Counted from the first letter of the stretch, positions 8,034-18,049 are shown. The stretch: DNA of 32,000 nucleotides from Scopulibacillus cellulosilyticus (GCF_042665295.1 NZ_JBHTCO010000003.1:80298-112297); one strand, 5' to 3'. Program-made: numbers and translations. The notes: generated by a model not told the origin, from the letters alone.

Positions 8034-9077
8034 TTAATCAATCTTTTTAATCAGCGGACTCAATTTCAACTCTTCCAGGTTATGGGCACCAATCCCGAAC
8101 ATCGCCATTTTAAGTTCCATTTCAATTCGCTCAAGTGTTTTGTCAAGGGCTTCTTCCGACTCAACAGCATCCTTCAAAATTGACCGCCCAAACCCTGCCA
8201 GATCGGCACCTATTGCTATTGCTTTTGCCGCATCGACACCTGTATATAATCCCCCGCTCGCAACCAAAGTTTTTTGATTGTCGGGAATAGCCTTCCTCAC
8301 ATCAACAATACAATCAGACGTAGGAATGCCCCAATCGTAAAAAGCTTCAGCAGCCTGAATTCGGACAGGGTCTTTTGAACGAAACTTTTCAACTTGAATC
8401 CAGGAGGTCCCGCCGGCGCCCGCAACATCAACAAATGACGCTCCGGCGTCAAACAATTGTTTAGCCAGTTGACCGTTAATGCCCATGCCGACTTCCTTTA
8501 TGCCGACGGGCACCTCAAGTGTTGTACACACACTTTCAATCTTTTTTAATAGACCGGTGAAATCCGTATCACCTTCTGTTTGAAAGACCTCTTGCATACT
8601 GTTAAGATGCAGCACCAATGCATCTGCTTGTACTATATCTACCGCCCGGCGGCATTCATCAACACCATATCCTGCATTTAATTGAACCGCCCCCAAGTTA
8701 GTGAAGATTGGGATAGACGGTGCCGCTTTTCTCATATTGTAAGTAAATCCGAGCTCCGGGTTTTCAAGTGCGGCACGGACTGACCCGGTGCCTACCGCCC
8801 AGCCTCTTTTTTCAGCTGCAGAAGCCAAGTGCAAATTAATCTCCCAAGCTCTTTCAGTCCCCCCGGTCATTGAGCTAAGTACTAATGGGGCCTTAATTCT
8901 TTTATTTAAAAATGTTGTTGAAATATCTATATCTTTAAAATTGATTTCCGGCAAAGCTTGATGAATGAACCGGAAGTTTTCAAACCCGGTCGTTATGCCC
9001 CGTCCGGATACTTGCTTATTTAAAGCAATGTCTATATGTTCGGATTTCCTTTTTTCTGTTGAATGTTGGTCAGACAA
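8034..9077 (-). CDS. fni: type 2 isopentenyl-diphosphate delta-isomerase (FMN-dependent)
   Basis: 347 aa. N-terminal RKSEHIDIAL, SSMTGG and a glycine-rich AGAGGTSW FMN-binding region. TTG start with an AAAGGAGC SD. Confidence 0.9.
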   Translation of the reverse strand: MSDQHSTEKRKSEHIDIALNKQVSGRGITTGFENFRFIHQALPEINFKDIDISTTFLNKRIKAPLVLSSMTGGTERAWEINLHLASAAEKRGWAVGTGSVRAALENPELGFTYNMRKAAPSIPIFTNLGAVQLNAGYGVDECRRAVDIVQADALVLHLNSMQEVFQTEGDTDFTGLLKKIESVCTTLEVPVGIKEVGMGINGQLAKQLFDAGASFVDVAGAGGTSWIQVEKFRSKDPVRIQAAEAFYDWGIPTSDCIVDVRKAIPDNQKTLVASGGLYTGVDAAKAIAIGADLAGFGRSILKDAVESEEALDKTLERIEMELKMAMFGIGAHNLEELKLSPLIKKID

Positions 9078-9548
9078 AGTAACTGCTCCTTTGTGAAAAA
9101 AATTCCTGTATATTAAAAAGATTTACCTTATATGTTTCGTCTATTCATCATGTTAACCTTATCAACAAACGATAGACAATAAGAAATACCCAAAGAACTA
9201 TTATTATGTCTGGATATTTTATAATATAACGGTCCATCACATCCATAAAAAAATACTTGAAATCTTAAATTATATGTATAAAGCTATGAAACTTGGCAAT
9301 ACTAGAATTACAACGGTTTCCCCCACCGTTCAATATACATTTTTATTCCTTGGGCTAATTAATAGCCCTCTTTTTTTTTGCACTTTCAGAAGATTTAACT
9401 TCACTAAAGGATGAAAGTATAAGTACAACTTGGCACCAGCCAAGTTTTCTTTACCGTTATTAAACTTTTTAATATTTACATAAACTAACTTAGAGCCATT
9501 CAGTTATAATTAAATTAGAGGAATAGAATGTAAAATTGGGGTGTTCAG

Positions 9549-10169
9549 ATGAAAATACTTGTATTAGGGGCGACGGGTCGTGTTGGTTATCGCGTTGTAA
9601 AGTTAGCATTAAAGGACGGACATAAAGTAACCGCTTTCGTGCGGGAAACTTCAAGATTAAATATCTCACATCCGAATCTATCAGTCTTTATTGGCAATGC
9701 CTTAAAAAAAGGGGATATTCTTTCCGCCGTTAAAGGGCAAGACGCTGTTATCAGCGCTTTAAGCACAGATCGGGGTGAAACATTATCGAAAAGCGCGCCA
9801 TTGATTATTGAAGCTATGAAAAAAGAAGGCTTGAAAAGGATTATAACGATTGGTACAGCCGGAATCTTAAACAGCAGAGAAAACCCTGACATCTACCGTT
9901 ATCAATCATCAGAATCGAAAAGGTCTTTGACCAGGGCCTCTGAAGAACATAAAAAGGCTTTTGAATACCTTTATAACTCCAATCTTAATTGGACTGTCAT
10001 TTGCCCAACCTATATGCCTGATGGCAATGCTGAAGGCAGATTTCGTATAGAAGCAAACTTTCTTCCAAAAGGCGGTGAAAAAATTACTGCCGGGGATACT
10101 GCAGAATTTGCTTATTCTCAATTATTTGATGACAGCCATATTAAACAGCGGATTGGCATCGCCTACTAG
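9549..10169 (+). CDS. NAD(P)H-binding atypical SDR (NmrA/YwnB-like)
   Basis: MKILVLGATGRVG Rossmann start, ~206 aa. Confidence 0.8.
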   Translation: MKILVLGATGRVGYRVVKLALKDGHKVTAFVRETSRLNISHPNLSVFIGNALKKGDILSAVKGQDAVISALSTDRGETLSKSAPLIIEAMKKEGLKRIITIGTAGILNSRENPDIYRYQSSESKRSLTRASEEHKKAFEYLYNSNLNWTVICPTYMPDGNAEGRFRIEANFLPKGGEKITAGDTAEFAYSQLFDDSHIKQRIGIAY

Positions 10170-10879
10170 GTTTTTATTTTATAAAATAATGTCCCCGCCG
10201 CTTTTTTGATTTCCGGTTCCCGGCTTTTTTGATAAGAAATTATAAAACAAGTCGAAGGTCCTGCCGACTTTTCTGTATCGAGTTTGCAGGACCACTCTGA
10301 TATATTTAGATGATTATCACTAAACAGCCCGGTTAATTCGCTGGCAATACCCTTGGACCCTACCGGCACAAGCTCATAAATGCCGTCCATGTGACATAAC
10401 TGTTTGAAAAGTGTTAATGACGCTGCATCATTTTTTTGAGATATAACTTCATCTCCGACAAGCGGCCGGCCGATAACGGCAAACCCTGCTCCCGGCGGTG
10501 TCACAGCGATTCGCCGTTTGGAGCGGGCTGCCTTGCCAATCACCGTAAAACCAACCGCCGATTGCAGCATTGAAAAATTCGTTTCGCTGCTGCCCATGAT
10601 AGGCAGTATAGGAATTTTTAATTCACGGCAAATTTGTGTGACGCTTTTTTCAAAAGTCCGCCATACTGGGCCATTAACGAAATTTTGTACAATAACAGCA
10701 AAAGGCCTGCCTCCAACCGCAAGACATTCCATTAATGTGACGCGCAAACTGGCATATGCTAAAACATCATATGAAACGTTAATTTCATCATACTGTTTCT
10801 CACCGATTGCCCCGGCGCAATCTGCTGTAATAACGAGTTCTTCATCTTCTGATAATGGAAAAAATGACGCATCACGCAT
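10166..10879 (-). CDS. PurM-superfamily (AIR synthase-related) protein, putative alpha-ribazole kinase CblS-like
   Basis: Last gene of the B12-riboswitch operon. PurM-like N-domain pattern (ITADCAGAIGEK, LAVGGRPFAVI). The operon lacks cobT, which fits the described CblS bypass. The family assignment is from memory and was not searched. Confidence 0.5.
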   Translation of the reverse strand: MRDASFFPLSEDEELVITADCAGAIGEKQYDEINVSYDVLAYASLRVTLMECLAVGGRPFAVIVQNFVNGPVWRTFEKSVTQICRELKIPILPIMGSSETNFSMLQSAVGFTVIGKAARSKRRIAVTPPGAGFAVIGRPLVGDEVISQKNDAASLTLFKQLCHMDGIYELVPVGSKGIASELTGLFSDNHLNISEWSCKLDTEKSAGPSTCFIISYQKSREPEIKKAAGTLFYKIKT

Positions 10880-10925
10880 AGGAATCTGTCAATCCTTTCA
10901 CTAAGATCAAATGATTTTAAGCCAA

Positions 10926-11513
10926 TTAATATTCTTTATCCTTCCGTTTGCCGTCCCTAAATACCTTAGCACTGCGAACGTATTCAACATCTTTGACATT
11001 CAATCTAAAATTGATCACCCGGGCTAAAGCAAAGAAATAATCAGACAGCCGGTTAACATAAGCGAGTGCTAACGGCGGTACATCTTCACTCGTTTTCGTT
11101 AATTTTACTATCAAGCGTTCGGCACGCCTTGTAATGGTTCTCGCAATATGGATTGTTGCCGCCGCGCTTGTGCCGCCGGGAAGAATAAACCGCTCAACAT
11201 TTGGCGCTTCCGCAATAAATTGATCAATCCGCTCTTCCAGTTCATCAATAGATTCTTTTTGCAATTTATAGGAACGATGTGATGTTACATTTGCTAAATC
11301 TCCGCCGCAATCGAAAAGCTCATGTTGAATTTTTTCAAGGTCTTGTAAAACATCTTTAAATTTGTCCTCATTAAGCTCTGTCATCGCCTTGCCTACAAAG
11401 CTGTTGACTTCATCAATCGTACCGTAAGCCTCAACACGCACATCATCCTTATCCACGCGTCCGCCGATAAGACCTGTCTTTCCCTTATCACCTGTTCGAG
11501 TATAAATTTTCAT
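10926..11513 (-). CDS. PduO-type ATP:cob(I)alamin adenosyltransferase
   Basis: MKIYTRTGDKGKTGL N-terminus and EVNSFVG are hallmarks of the PduO/YvqK family. 195 aa. Confidence 0.9.
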   Translation of the reverse strand: MKIYTRTGDKGKTGLIGGRVDKDDVRVEAYGTIDEVNSFVGKAMTELNEDKFKDVLQDLEKIQHELFDCGGDLANVTSHRSYKLQKESIDELEERIDQFIAEAPNVERFILPGGTSAAATIHIARTITRRAERLIVKLTKTSEDVPPLALAYVNRLSDYFFALARVINFRLNVKDVEYVRSAKVFRDGKRKDKEY

Positions 11514-11525
11514 ATAATCATCTCC

Positions 11526-11963
11526 TTATAAACATTGCGATAATCCGTACCAAATGATATTAACCTTCAAACACCTTTTTATCGCATCTTGATAGCACCA
11601 GCCAGTCACATCCCGCCAGAGACGCTGCTTTTCTTCTATTGGAACAATCCCTTTCGAGATATCAACGCCTATTATAATAATCTGGCGGTTAGAACCGCTG
11701 TACTCCCAAGCTTGCCACTTGCGGATAAGATCCTGCCAGAAACCCCGGGGATCTTTTTCAATGGATAGGGACTGCCAGATGAACTGCTCCCAGCCTTCAA
11801 TCACTGTTATCAGCTGAAAATGGGACACATTCATTAACTGATCAAGGTGTATGCTTGAATCATAGCCGGAAAGCCATCCGACATTTACTTTATTTTCTAA
11901 TTGATAAGTTTCTTTAACCCAACGGCGTTTTCCGTTAAAGGCACCTCCTGTAACAAAGTGCAT
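11526..11963 (-). CDS. CobU-like paralogue with degenerate P-loop, unknown function
   Basis: 145 aa. MHFVTGGAFNGKRRWV aligns to the CobU P-loop GGxRSGKS but lacks the Ser/Thr. C-terminal IIIIGVDISKGIVPIEEKQRLWRDVTGW aligns to CobU NEVGxGIVPExxxxRxFRDxxG. The HH guanylylation region is absent. A strong GAGGAGGGGGG SD precedes the ATG. Confidence 0.7.
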   Translation of the reverse strand: MHFVTGGAFNGKRRWVKETYQLENKVNVGWLSGYDSSIHLDQLMNVSHFQLITVIEGWEQFIWQSLSIEKDPRGFWQDLIRKWQAWEYSGSNRQIIIIGVDISKGIVPIEEKQRLWRDVTGWCYQDAIKRCLKVNIIWYGLSQCL

Positions 11964-12541
11964 CGCTCCCCCCTCCTCATCCTTGTTCTGTCAGCGGATA
12001 ATCTGTAACCATTGCCATGTGAAATCTGCCATTCCCAAAAGGGCCTTTTCTCAGGAGCAACATGAGCCAACAGTTCACGGATAGGCCCGCTATGCGTCAC
12101 AACAACAATCTCAGATACTTTTAAATGACTAAAACAGGAAGTTATCTCTTGCCACGCTTTCCATACCCTAAAAGAAAAGTCTGCATAAGATTCACCTTTT
12201 GGAGGCGCATAAGTTTTAAAATCCGCCAGCCACTGCCTGTAGCCGGGAAGATCCTTCAGTTCTTCATAGGACGCCCCTTCCCATTCTCCAAAATGTATCT
12301 CCCTTAACTGTTTCGACAAAACTAAATTTTTCCCTGGGAATAGAAGTCGGGCTGTCTTTTCGGAACGGCACAGGTCGCTTGTGATGACAAGATCAGGATT
12401 CGGGATATTTAGGCGTTTGTCTAATAAATCATTAATACCCTTTTGACTTAACGGCTCATCAGTCCAGCCTATATAACGTTTCTCAATATTTTTCTTTGTC
12501 AGCCCATGACGAATAAGCGACACAGCCACAATATCATCCAT
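11897..12541 (-). CDS. cobC: alpha-ribazole phosphatase (histidine phosphatase family)
   Basis: SLIRHGLT RHG motif, VVTHSGPIR, and operon context between cobS and the cobU-like gene. Confidence 0.8.
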   Translation of the reverse strand: MDDIVAVSLIRHGLTKKNIEKRYIGWTDEPLSQKGINDLLDKRLNIPNPDLVITSDLCRSEKTARLLFPGKNLVLSKQLREIHFGEWEGASYEELKDLPGYRQWLADFKTYAPPKGESYADFSFRVWKAWQEITSCFSHLKVSEIVVVTHSGPIRELLAHVAPEKRPFWEWQISHGNGYRLSADRTRMRRGERCTLLQEVPLTENAVGLKKLIN

Positions 12542-13305
12542 AGAAATGTCTCAGCCCCTTCAACACTGGCACCTAACGTATCACCGGTTATTCCTCCAAA
12601 GTTTTTCTTAAAAAACCGATAGCTTATAAAGAAAAATAAACCTGTACATATAACTAAAAGCAAAAGACAGACAAAGGCTTTTATATTTATAACCCCGATA
12701 ATAACTAAGTAAATCATTATATAGATGAAGAATATGATTGCATCTTTTTTACGGCACCCGCGCTGAAAATATGCGGCAAGTCCTTCGTCTTTAGCCAACG
12801 GACTATAGACTAACAGCATCGCCATGGCCATCCTTGACAGAAAAGGGATACTCGCAAAAAGCAGCAACTTAGACAAACTCATTGCCGTGAGCCCTTCGTA
12901 CATAAATAACAAACGCCAGCCTAATATAAATAAAAGGGACATGACCCCAAAGGCGCCAACGCGGGAGTCCTTCATAATTTCCAGCCGCTTATCACGATCC
13001 CGGTAGGAGAAATAAGCATCGCTTGTATCAATCCAACCATCAAGGTGGATGCCTCCGGAAACAACAATAAACAGTGTGAATAAAAGACATGTTAATGCCA
13101 GATGAGAAAAAGGCGTCCACACATCAGCCAGCCAATAAATCCCGATAATGCACCCGCCAAAAAACAATCCAACGATCGGATAAACTTGAATAGCCCGGCG
13201 AATATTTCTAATGTTAAGATCAATCGTTTGATGAATAGGAATGACCGTAAAAAATTGCAGTGCAATGATCATCCCCTCAAACCACACCTTAGATTGCTTA
13301 ATCAT
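12499..13305 (-). CDS. cobS: adenosylcobinamide-GDP ribazoletransferase (cobalamin synthase)
   Basis: Polytopic, 268 aa. Carries FFTVIPI and GGIHLDGWIDTSDA motifs typical of CobS. Confidence 0.9.
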   Translation of the reverse strand: MIKQSKVWFEGMIIALQFFTVIPIHQTIDLNIRNIRRAIQVYPIVGLFFGGCIIGIYWLADVWTPFSHLALTCLLFTLFIVVSGGIHLDGWIDTSDAYFSYRDRDKRLEIMKDSRVGAFGVMSLLFILGWRLLFMYEGLTAMSLSKLLLFASIPFLSRMAMAMLLVYSPLAKDEGLAAYFQRGCRKKDAIIFFIYIMIYLVIIGVINIKAFVCLLLLVICTGLFFFISYRFFKKNFGGITGDTLGASVEGAETFLWMILWLCRLFVMG

Positions 13306-14816
13306 TCATGTTTCTCCCAATTAATAGCCAAATCAGTTAAATAATCTATATCCAAATACGTCTCAACTTGTTTTGCCAGCAAATCAAACCGATGATCCCC
13401 CGATTGATGAAGCCTGTGACAGTTACGTTCCGGAAGCCCTTTTTTCTTACGAATTTGGTTTAGCCATACTGTCCGCCACTCATCATTATGAAATAGATGG
13501 TGAAAATAAGTGCCGATAATTCTTCCCTTATCGTAGCAAACACCTTCGGTTTCACCATTTTGTAAAGATACAAAGGGTAATGGCGGCTCATCAGTATCTA
13601 ACATGTCTGTTCTGCCAAGATGAATCTCATAACCTTCAATTGGTACTGACATCAGCCCTGATCGCCGGTGGACAACGCCTGTTGATCTCACTGTTTTTTT
13701 AATGGGCTGAAACCGCGTCACAGCCGGAATAAGTCCCAGACCGTCAACTTTTTTATTTATTTCACCCGTATCTGTTCCCGCTTCATCAATTAATTGATCA
13801 CACATCATCTGATAACCGCCGCAAATACCAGCTGCCGTTCCGCCACTTTTTGCATAATCAACAATCGCTTCATCAAGACCTTTTTCCTTTAAAAAGTCTA
13901 AATCAGCGATTGTACTGCGGGTACCCGGAATTATCACAGCATCCGGGCTGCCAAACGTTTCAGTGTCTCCGACAAACCGGACCGAAACATCCTCTTCATA
14001 TAAAAAAGGCTCAACATCGGTATAGTTCGAAATAAACGGCAGCCTAATAACCGCGATATCGATCGGTTTCTTTTCCTGGTTCAGAAATTTGGAGGCAATG
14101 GACAGTGAATCTTCACTCTCTATTTTATGATCGTGCAGATAGGGAAGAACACCGACGACTTTGACACTTGTTCTCTCTTCAATCCAGCGGACACCTTCTT
14201 CAAACAGCGTCATGTCCCCCCTGAATTTATTAATAATAATTCCTTTGACACGGGCCCGTTCAGCCTCTGTCAGAAGCTCTAAGGTGCCGACAATGTTAGC
14301 AAACACGCCGCCTCTTTCAATGTCAGCAACTAAAATAACTGGTACATCGGCAAGTTCAGCTACCTTCATATTGACAAGTTCACGATCATTTAAATTCATT
14401 TCTACCGGACTGCCTGCCCCTTCAATAACGAGCAGTTCATAGTCTTTATTTAACCGTTCCAGGGATTTCTTAACGGCAGAAATGCCTAATTCATAAAAAT
14501 GATCACGATAATCTATCCCGGAATAAGCCTGGTAACTTTCACCAAGCAGCACAACTTCAGAGGTTCGATCATTTCTTGGCTTTAATAAAATCGGGTTCAT
14601 ATCAACAGAAGCCGTAACATGAGCCGCTTCCGCCTGGATACCTTGAGCCCGCCCAATTTCTTTGCCGTCAACCGTCACATAGGAATTGTTGGACATATTC
14701 TGTGATTTAAACGGCGTCACCCGATAGCCTCTTTGATAAAAAATGCGGCATAAGGCTGTCGCGAGAAAGCTTTTGCCAACATCAGATCCTGTTCCCTGTA
14801 TCATGATCCCTTTCAC
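13302..14816 (-). CDS. cobQ: cobyric acid synthase
   Basis: 504 aa. N-terminal MIQGTGSDVGKS ATP-binding motif and C-terminal GATase GICGGYQM. GTG start behind an AAAGGAGGAG SD. Confidence 0.9.
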   Translation of the reverse strand: MKGIMIQGTGSDVGKSFLATALCRIFYQRGYRVTPFKSQNMSNNSYVTVDGKEIGRAQGIQAEAAHVTASVDMNPILLKPRNDRTSEVVLLGESYQAYSGIDYRDHFYELGISAVKKSLERLNKDYELLVIEGAGSPVEMNLNDRELVNMKVAELADVPVILVADIERGGVFANIVGTLELLTEAERARVKGIIINKFRGDMTLFEEGVRWIEERTSVKVVGVLPYLHDHKIESEDSLSIASKFLNQEKKPIDIAVIRLPFISNYTDVEPFLYEEDVSVRFVGDTETFGSPDAVIIPGTRSTIADLDFLKEKGLDEAIVDYAKSGGTAAGICGGYQMMCDQLIDEAGTDTGEINKKVDGLGLIPAVTRFQPIKKTVRSTGVVHRRSGLMSVPIEGYEIHLGRTDMLDTDEPPLPFVSLQNGETEGVCYDKGRIIGTYFHHLFHNDEWRTVWLNQIRKKKGLPERNCHRLHQSGDHRFDLLAKQVETYLDIDYLTDLAINWEKHE

Positions 14817-15372
14817 GGTCCTCTCCTCCTTTCATTAGTCTCGCACGCCCAAATTCAAGTAAATATGCCGCTCCGGCTATTTTCACTATTGTTTGATGAA
14901 GATATCCGAGCGTTTTCAAGTAATCCAGTACGAATGGATTGTAATCAGTTATGTCTTGAAAAAGTTCATTAGAAACGACAACGACCAAAGCCGCTCGTGC
15001 CTTCATTTGTTTAATACCCGAGATAATAGCTTCGATTCTGGTTTTTAACACAGATTGATTCTTATAAAAAGAAAAGAATTCATTATTGACAAGTGTTGTT
15101 AAGCAATCAAGCAAGACAACATCTTGTTCTGTAAAATTGTTTGCAATTTTTTCAATCCGTTCCGGCTGTTCCCATGTTCGCCACTGAAATCCGTCCGCTG
15201 ACCTTTTTTTCTGATGGTGAGTAATTCTTTCTGCCATTTCCTTATCGGTTCTGACTGCAGTTGCAATATAATTAAGCCTGCCATTTCCTAATTGCAAAAC
15301 TTTACTTACAGCCAGGCGTTCGGCCCAGCTGCTCTTGCCGCTGCGGACCCCGCCGCTTATAAATACTAGCAT
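14782..15372 (-). CDS. cobU: bifunctional adenosylcobinamide kinase / adenosylcobinamide-phosphate guanylyltransferase
   Basis: MLVFISGGVRSGKSSWAE P-loop and the ITHHQKKR histidine region. I prefer ATG 15372, which overlaps the cobD stop (ATGCTAG), to the track start at 15384. Confidence 0.9.
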   Translation of the reverse strand: MLVFISGGVRSGKSSWAERLAVSKVLQLGNGRLNYIATAVRTDKEMAERITHHQKKRSADGFQWRTWEQPERIEKIANNFTEQDVVLLDCLTTLVNNEFFSFYKNQSVLKTRIEAIISGIKQMKARAALVVVVSNELFQDITDYNPFVLDYLKTLGYLHQTIVKIAGAAYLLEFGRARLMKGGEDRERDHDTGNRI

Positions 15373-16442
15373 ATGGATTTCCATTCCTTTAACGCTTTTA
15401 ATAATTGATCATTATCTGACTGTGTCCGAATGGCGCATCTCAAAAACTTACCGTTTAAACCTATAAAATTATCTGTATGCCTGGCCGCAATGCCGCGCTC
15501 AATTAAAAAGCGCAGTAAAGGTCTTGCCGATTTTTTTGTTTCTTCCCGGAGCAAATAATAATTTACTTTGCTTGGACTTAATCTATAACCTAAATCTTTT
15601 AAAACGGGAAATAAACGGCAACGTTCAAGCCCTATATTATTTTTAGTTTGGTGTACAAAGGCTGTTTGCTTTATGCAAAGTTCACCCAGCTTTTGCGCCA
15701 ATGTGTTTACACTCCAATGGGGCTGAAAGCGCTTTAGGTGGTTAATCACAGCTTCGTCAGCAATGATATAGCCAAGGCGGATTCCTGCCAAGGCATACAT
15801 TTTCGTAAGTGATCTTAAGATAATGAGATGACGATAATCCGTTACATATTTGCTCATTGAGATCTCTTCGATGCAAAAATCATAAAAAGCTTCATCAATA
15901 ACGACATAAACGCCCAGGTTGGACGCTTCTTCTATAACTTTAAGCAGCGTTTCTTGACTATATGTCACACCTGTTGGATTATTCGGATGACAAATAAAAA
16001 CGGCGTCCTTCCCATTTAAAGCCTCTGATAATTGATTGGCATTTAGCTGCCAGCCGTCATCTTCATTCAGTTGAAAGGATGCTATATGACAGCCATAGGC
16101 TTCACAGGTTGTCCGATACTCCGAAAAAGTCGGATCAACAATTAGAACGTGACGCCCCTGAAACATTCGTGCAATTAAATGAATCAGTTCAGAGGCGCCG
16201 TTGCCAATGAGAAGCTGTTTCCCGTCTATTTGTTCCTGTGCACTGATACCAGCCTTTAATGCCTTTGCATAAGGGTCAGGATAGTCAGCAATTTCTTTGT
16301 ACAGCGACTGCCATACGGATTGAAGCTCAGCCGGCGGGCCAAAGGGATTGGTATTAACACTAAAATCTATTAATTTTTCCGGGACAGCCATATCAAGCTG
16401 TTTGATGAGATGTTCGGGATTAGATCCATGAGCTGGCAGCAT
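15366..16442 (-). CDS. cobD: L-threonine-O-3-phosphate decarboxylase (class I/II aminotransferase fold)
   Basis: MLPAHGSNP start, NPNNPTG and the SLTKMYALAGIRLGY PLP-lysine region. Start moved to ATG 16442 (GGAGGA SD 7 nt upstream). Confidence 0.85.
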   Translation of the reverse strand: MLPAHGSNPEHLIKQLDMAVPEKLIDFSVNTNPFGPPAELQSVWQSLYKEIADYPDPYAKALKAGISAQEQIDGKQLLIGNGASELIHLIARMFQGRHVLIVDPTFSEYRTTCEAYGCHIASFQLNEDDGWQLNANQLSEALNGKDAVFICHPNNPTGVTYSQETLLKVIEEASNLGVYVVIDEAFYDFCIEEISMSKYVTDYRHLIILRSLTKMYALAGIRLGYIIADEAVINHLKRFQPHWSVNTLAQKLGELCIKQTAFVHQTKNNIGLERCRLFPVLKDLGYRLSPSKVNYYLLREETKKSARPLLRFLIERGIAARHTDNFIGLNGKFLRCAIRTQSDNDQLLKALKEWKSIC

Positions 16443-17385
16443 AAATGATTCCTCCAATTAGCCAAAGTACAAGGATGAAAGACAATACTGTACGTTTCAT
16501 CATCTTGACAGTATCAAGAATATGTCCGGTGCTTAAAGGAAAAAGCGGGTCACCCAGTTTTGCCCGGTTAGAAATAACACCTTTGTAATAATTAACGCCG
16601 CCAAGCTGAATGCCTAAAAGGGAAGCAACAGCCGCCTCTCCCCAACCGCTGTTAGGACTTGGATGTTTCCTGGCATCACGCTTTAATATGGCGAAACTTT
16701 TCCAGCGGGTTAACGGCGGAACAGCTTTATTTACGATTATTATCAGTATCGCAGTTATCCGGCTTGGCAGCCAATTCACAAGGTCGTCCAGTTTTGCGGC
16801 CGCAAAACCAAATTCAAGGTATTTCTCACTTTTATAACCCAGCATGGAATCGCAAGTATTAATAAGCCGGTAAATAAGGGCAAACGGCGCCCCGCCGATA
16901 AAGGCCCAGAAGATTGGCGCCGTTACACCGTCAGAAACATTCTCAGCAACCGTTTCTACAGTCCCTCTGACAATCTCCTCTTCCGGCAGATGATCTGTAT
17001 CACGGCCGACGATCCAAGACAAATATTTTCTTGCTTGCGGCAGATCACCTTTTTGCAGCGGCTCATAAACCTGCTCCGCCGCTTCTTTCAGCCCCTTTGC
17101 TGCAATCGTCGTCCAAATGAGTATAGCTTCGATAGCCACACCCAGCCACTTATTAACCCAGCAGGCGAGTATGACAATGAATAAGCTCAGCCCAAACACA
17201 ATAACAAGCAACAAGATCACCGTTAACAGCCCTTTTACCTTTCTATGACGCCCTATATTCCAATGCCTGTCAAAAAAAGCAATGCCTTTTCCAAAAAAGC
17301 GTACGGGATGCGGCAGCCACTTTGGGTCACCAAGAATCCAATCTATCAAATAAGCTATTGTGATAGCAATTAGATGATTAATCAT
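16420..17385 (-). CDS. cbiB: adenosylcobinamide-phosphate synthase
   Basis: Membrane protein of 321 aa. DPKWLPHPVRFFGK and NSGWGEAA motifs are typical of CbiB. Confidence 0.9.
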   Translation of the reverse strand: MINHLIAITIAYLIDWILGDPKWLPHPVRFFGKGIAFFDRHWNIGRHRKVKGLLTVILLLVIVFGLSLFIVILACWVNKWLGVAIEAILIWTTIAAKGLKEAAEQVYEPLQKGDLPQARKYLSWIVGRDTDHLPEEEIVRGTVETVAENVSDGVTAPIFWAFIGGAPFALIYRLINTCDSMLGYKSEKYLEFGFAAAKLDDLVNWLPSRITAILIIIVNKAVPPLTRWKSFAILKRDARKHPSPNSGWGEAAVASLLGIQLGGVNYYKGVISNRAKLGDPLFPLSTGHILDTVKMMKRTVLSFILVLWLIGGIIYAASSWI

Positions 17386-18049
17386 GACTTATCCGACATT
17401 GATAGTTTTGAATGGCCTTAACCGTACATTGGTAAACTCCTGAAGCAATCGCCTTCCCAAGCAGCGTAATCGTGCCGGCATATGGCAAATAACAGCCTTG
17501 TTGACTTGCGGCAACCAGCACACTGTCTGTTGAAGTGCCTGATGCCCTAGTATTCGTCACCGGATCTTTAATATTTAAATGATCCAGGGCGCGGACTTTT
17601 GCTTCTGTAGCCGTAACAATCGCTTGTGTATATGCTTGGTCATCAAGCCTGGCGTTCACAAATACCCACGTGTTAATTGTTCCGCTCATTGGCTGGACTT
17701 GATGCGCCTTACTATGGGCGGCATCGACTGCATTGCTTAAGCCTGCTGTTACGGCGATGAGTACAGAGAAATCTTGTTCATTAATATCCATATAAGCAGC
17801 GTCTTCCAGCCGGGCGGCTGTCATCATTGCCAGTGTATCAGCCGGATCAAGACCTTGCTTTACTAAATAATCCCGCAATTCCTTCTTGGGATTATCACAA
17901 CAGTAGTTTTTATTAACATGACGATTGACAAATGTCCGGTAAAAGCCCGTTCCTCCGCCAATGACTGCCGAAGATAAAGTCCGAAGCTGAATAGGTGAAT
18001 CCAATAAAATCCGTTCGCTTGTTACTTGAAGAAGGCTTGAGCTTATCAT
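17378..18049 (-). CDS. cbiZ: adenosylcobinamide amidohydrolase
   Basis: 223 aa with a CbiZ-family pattern (LSSAVIGGG..., GTINTWVFVN, ASGTSTDS). It overlaps cbiB by 8 nt and sits next to a BtuF-like SBP, as is typical for cbiZ. Confidence 0.8.
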   Translation of the reverse strand: MISSSLLQVTSERILLDSPIQLRTLSSAVIGGGTGFYRTFVNRHVNKNYCCDNPKKELRDYLVKQGLDPADTLAMMTAARLEDAAYMDINEQDFSVLIAVTAGLSNAVDAAHSKAHQVQPMSGTINTWVFVNARLDDQAYTQAIVTATEAKVRALDHLNIKDPVTNTRASGTSTDSVLVAASQQGCYLPYAGTITLLGKAIASGVYQCTVKAIQNYQCRISHD

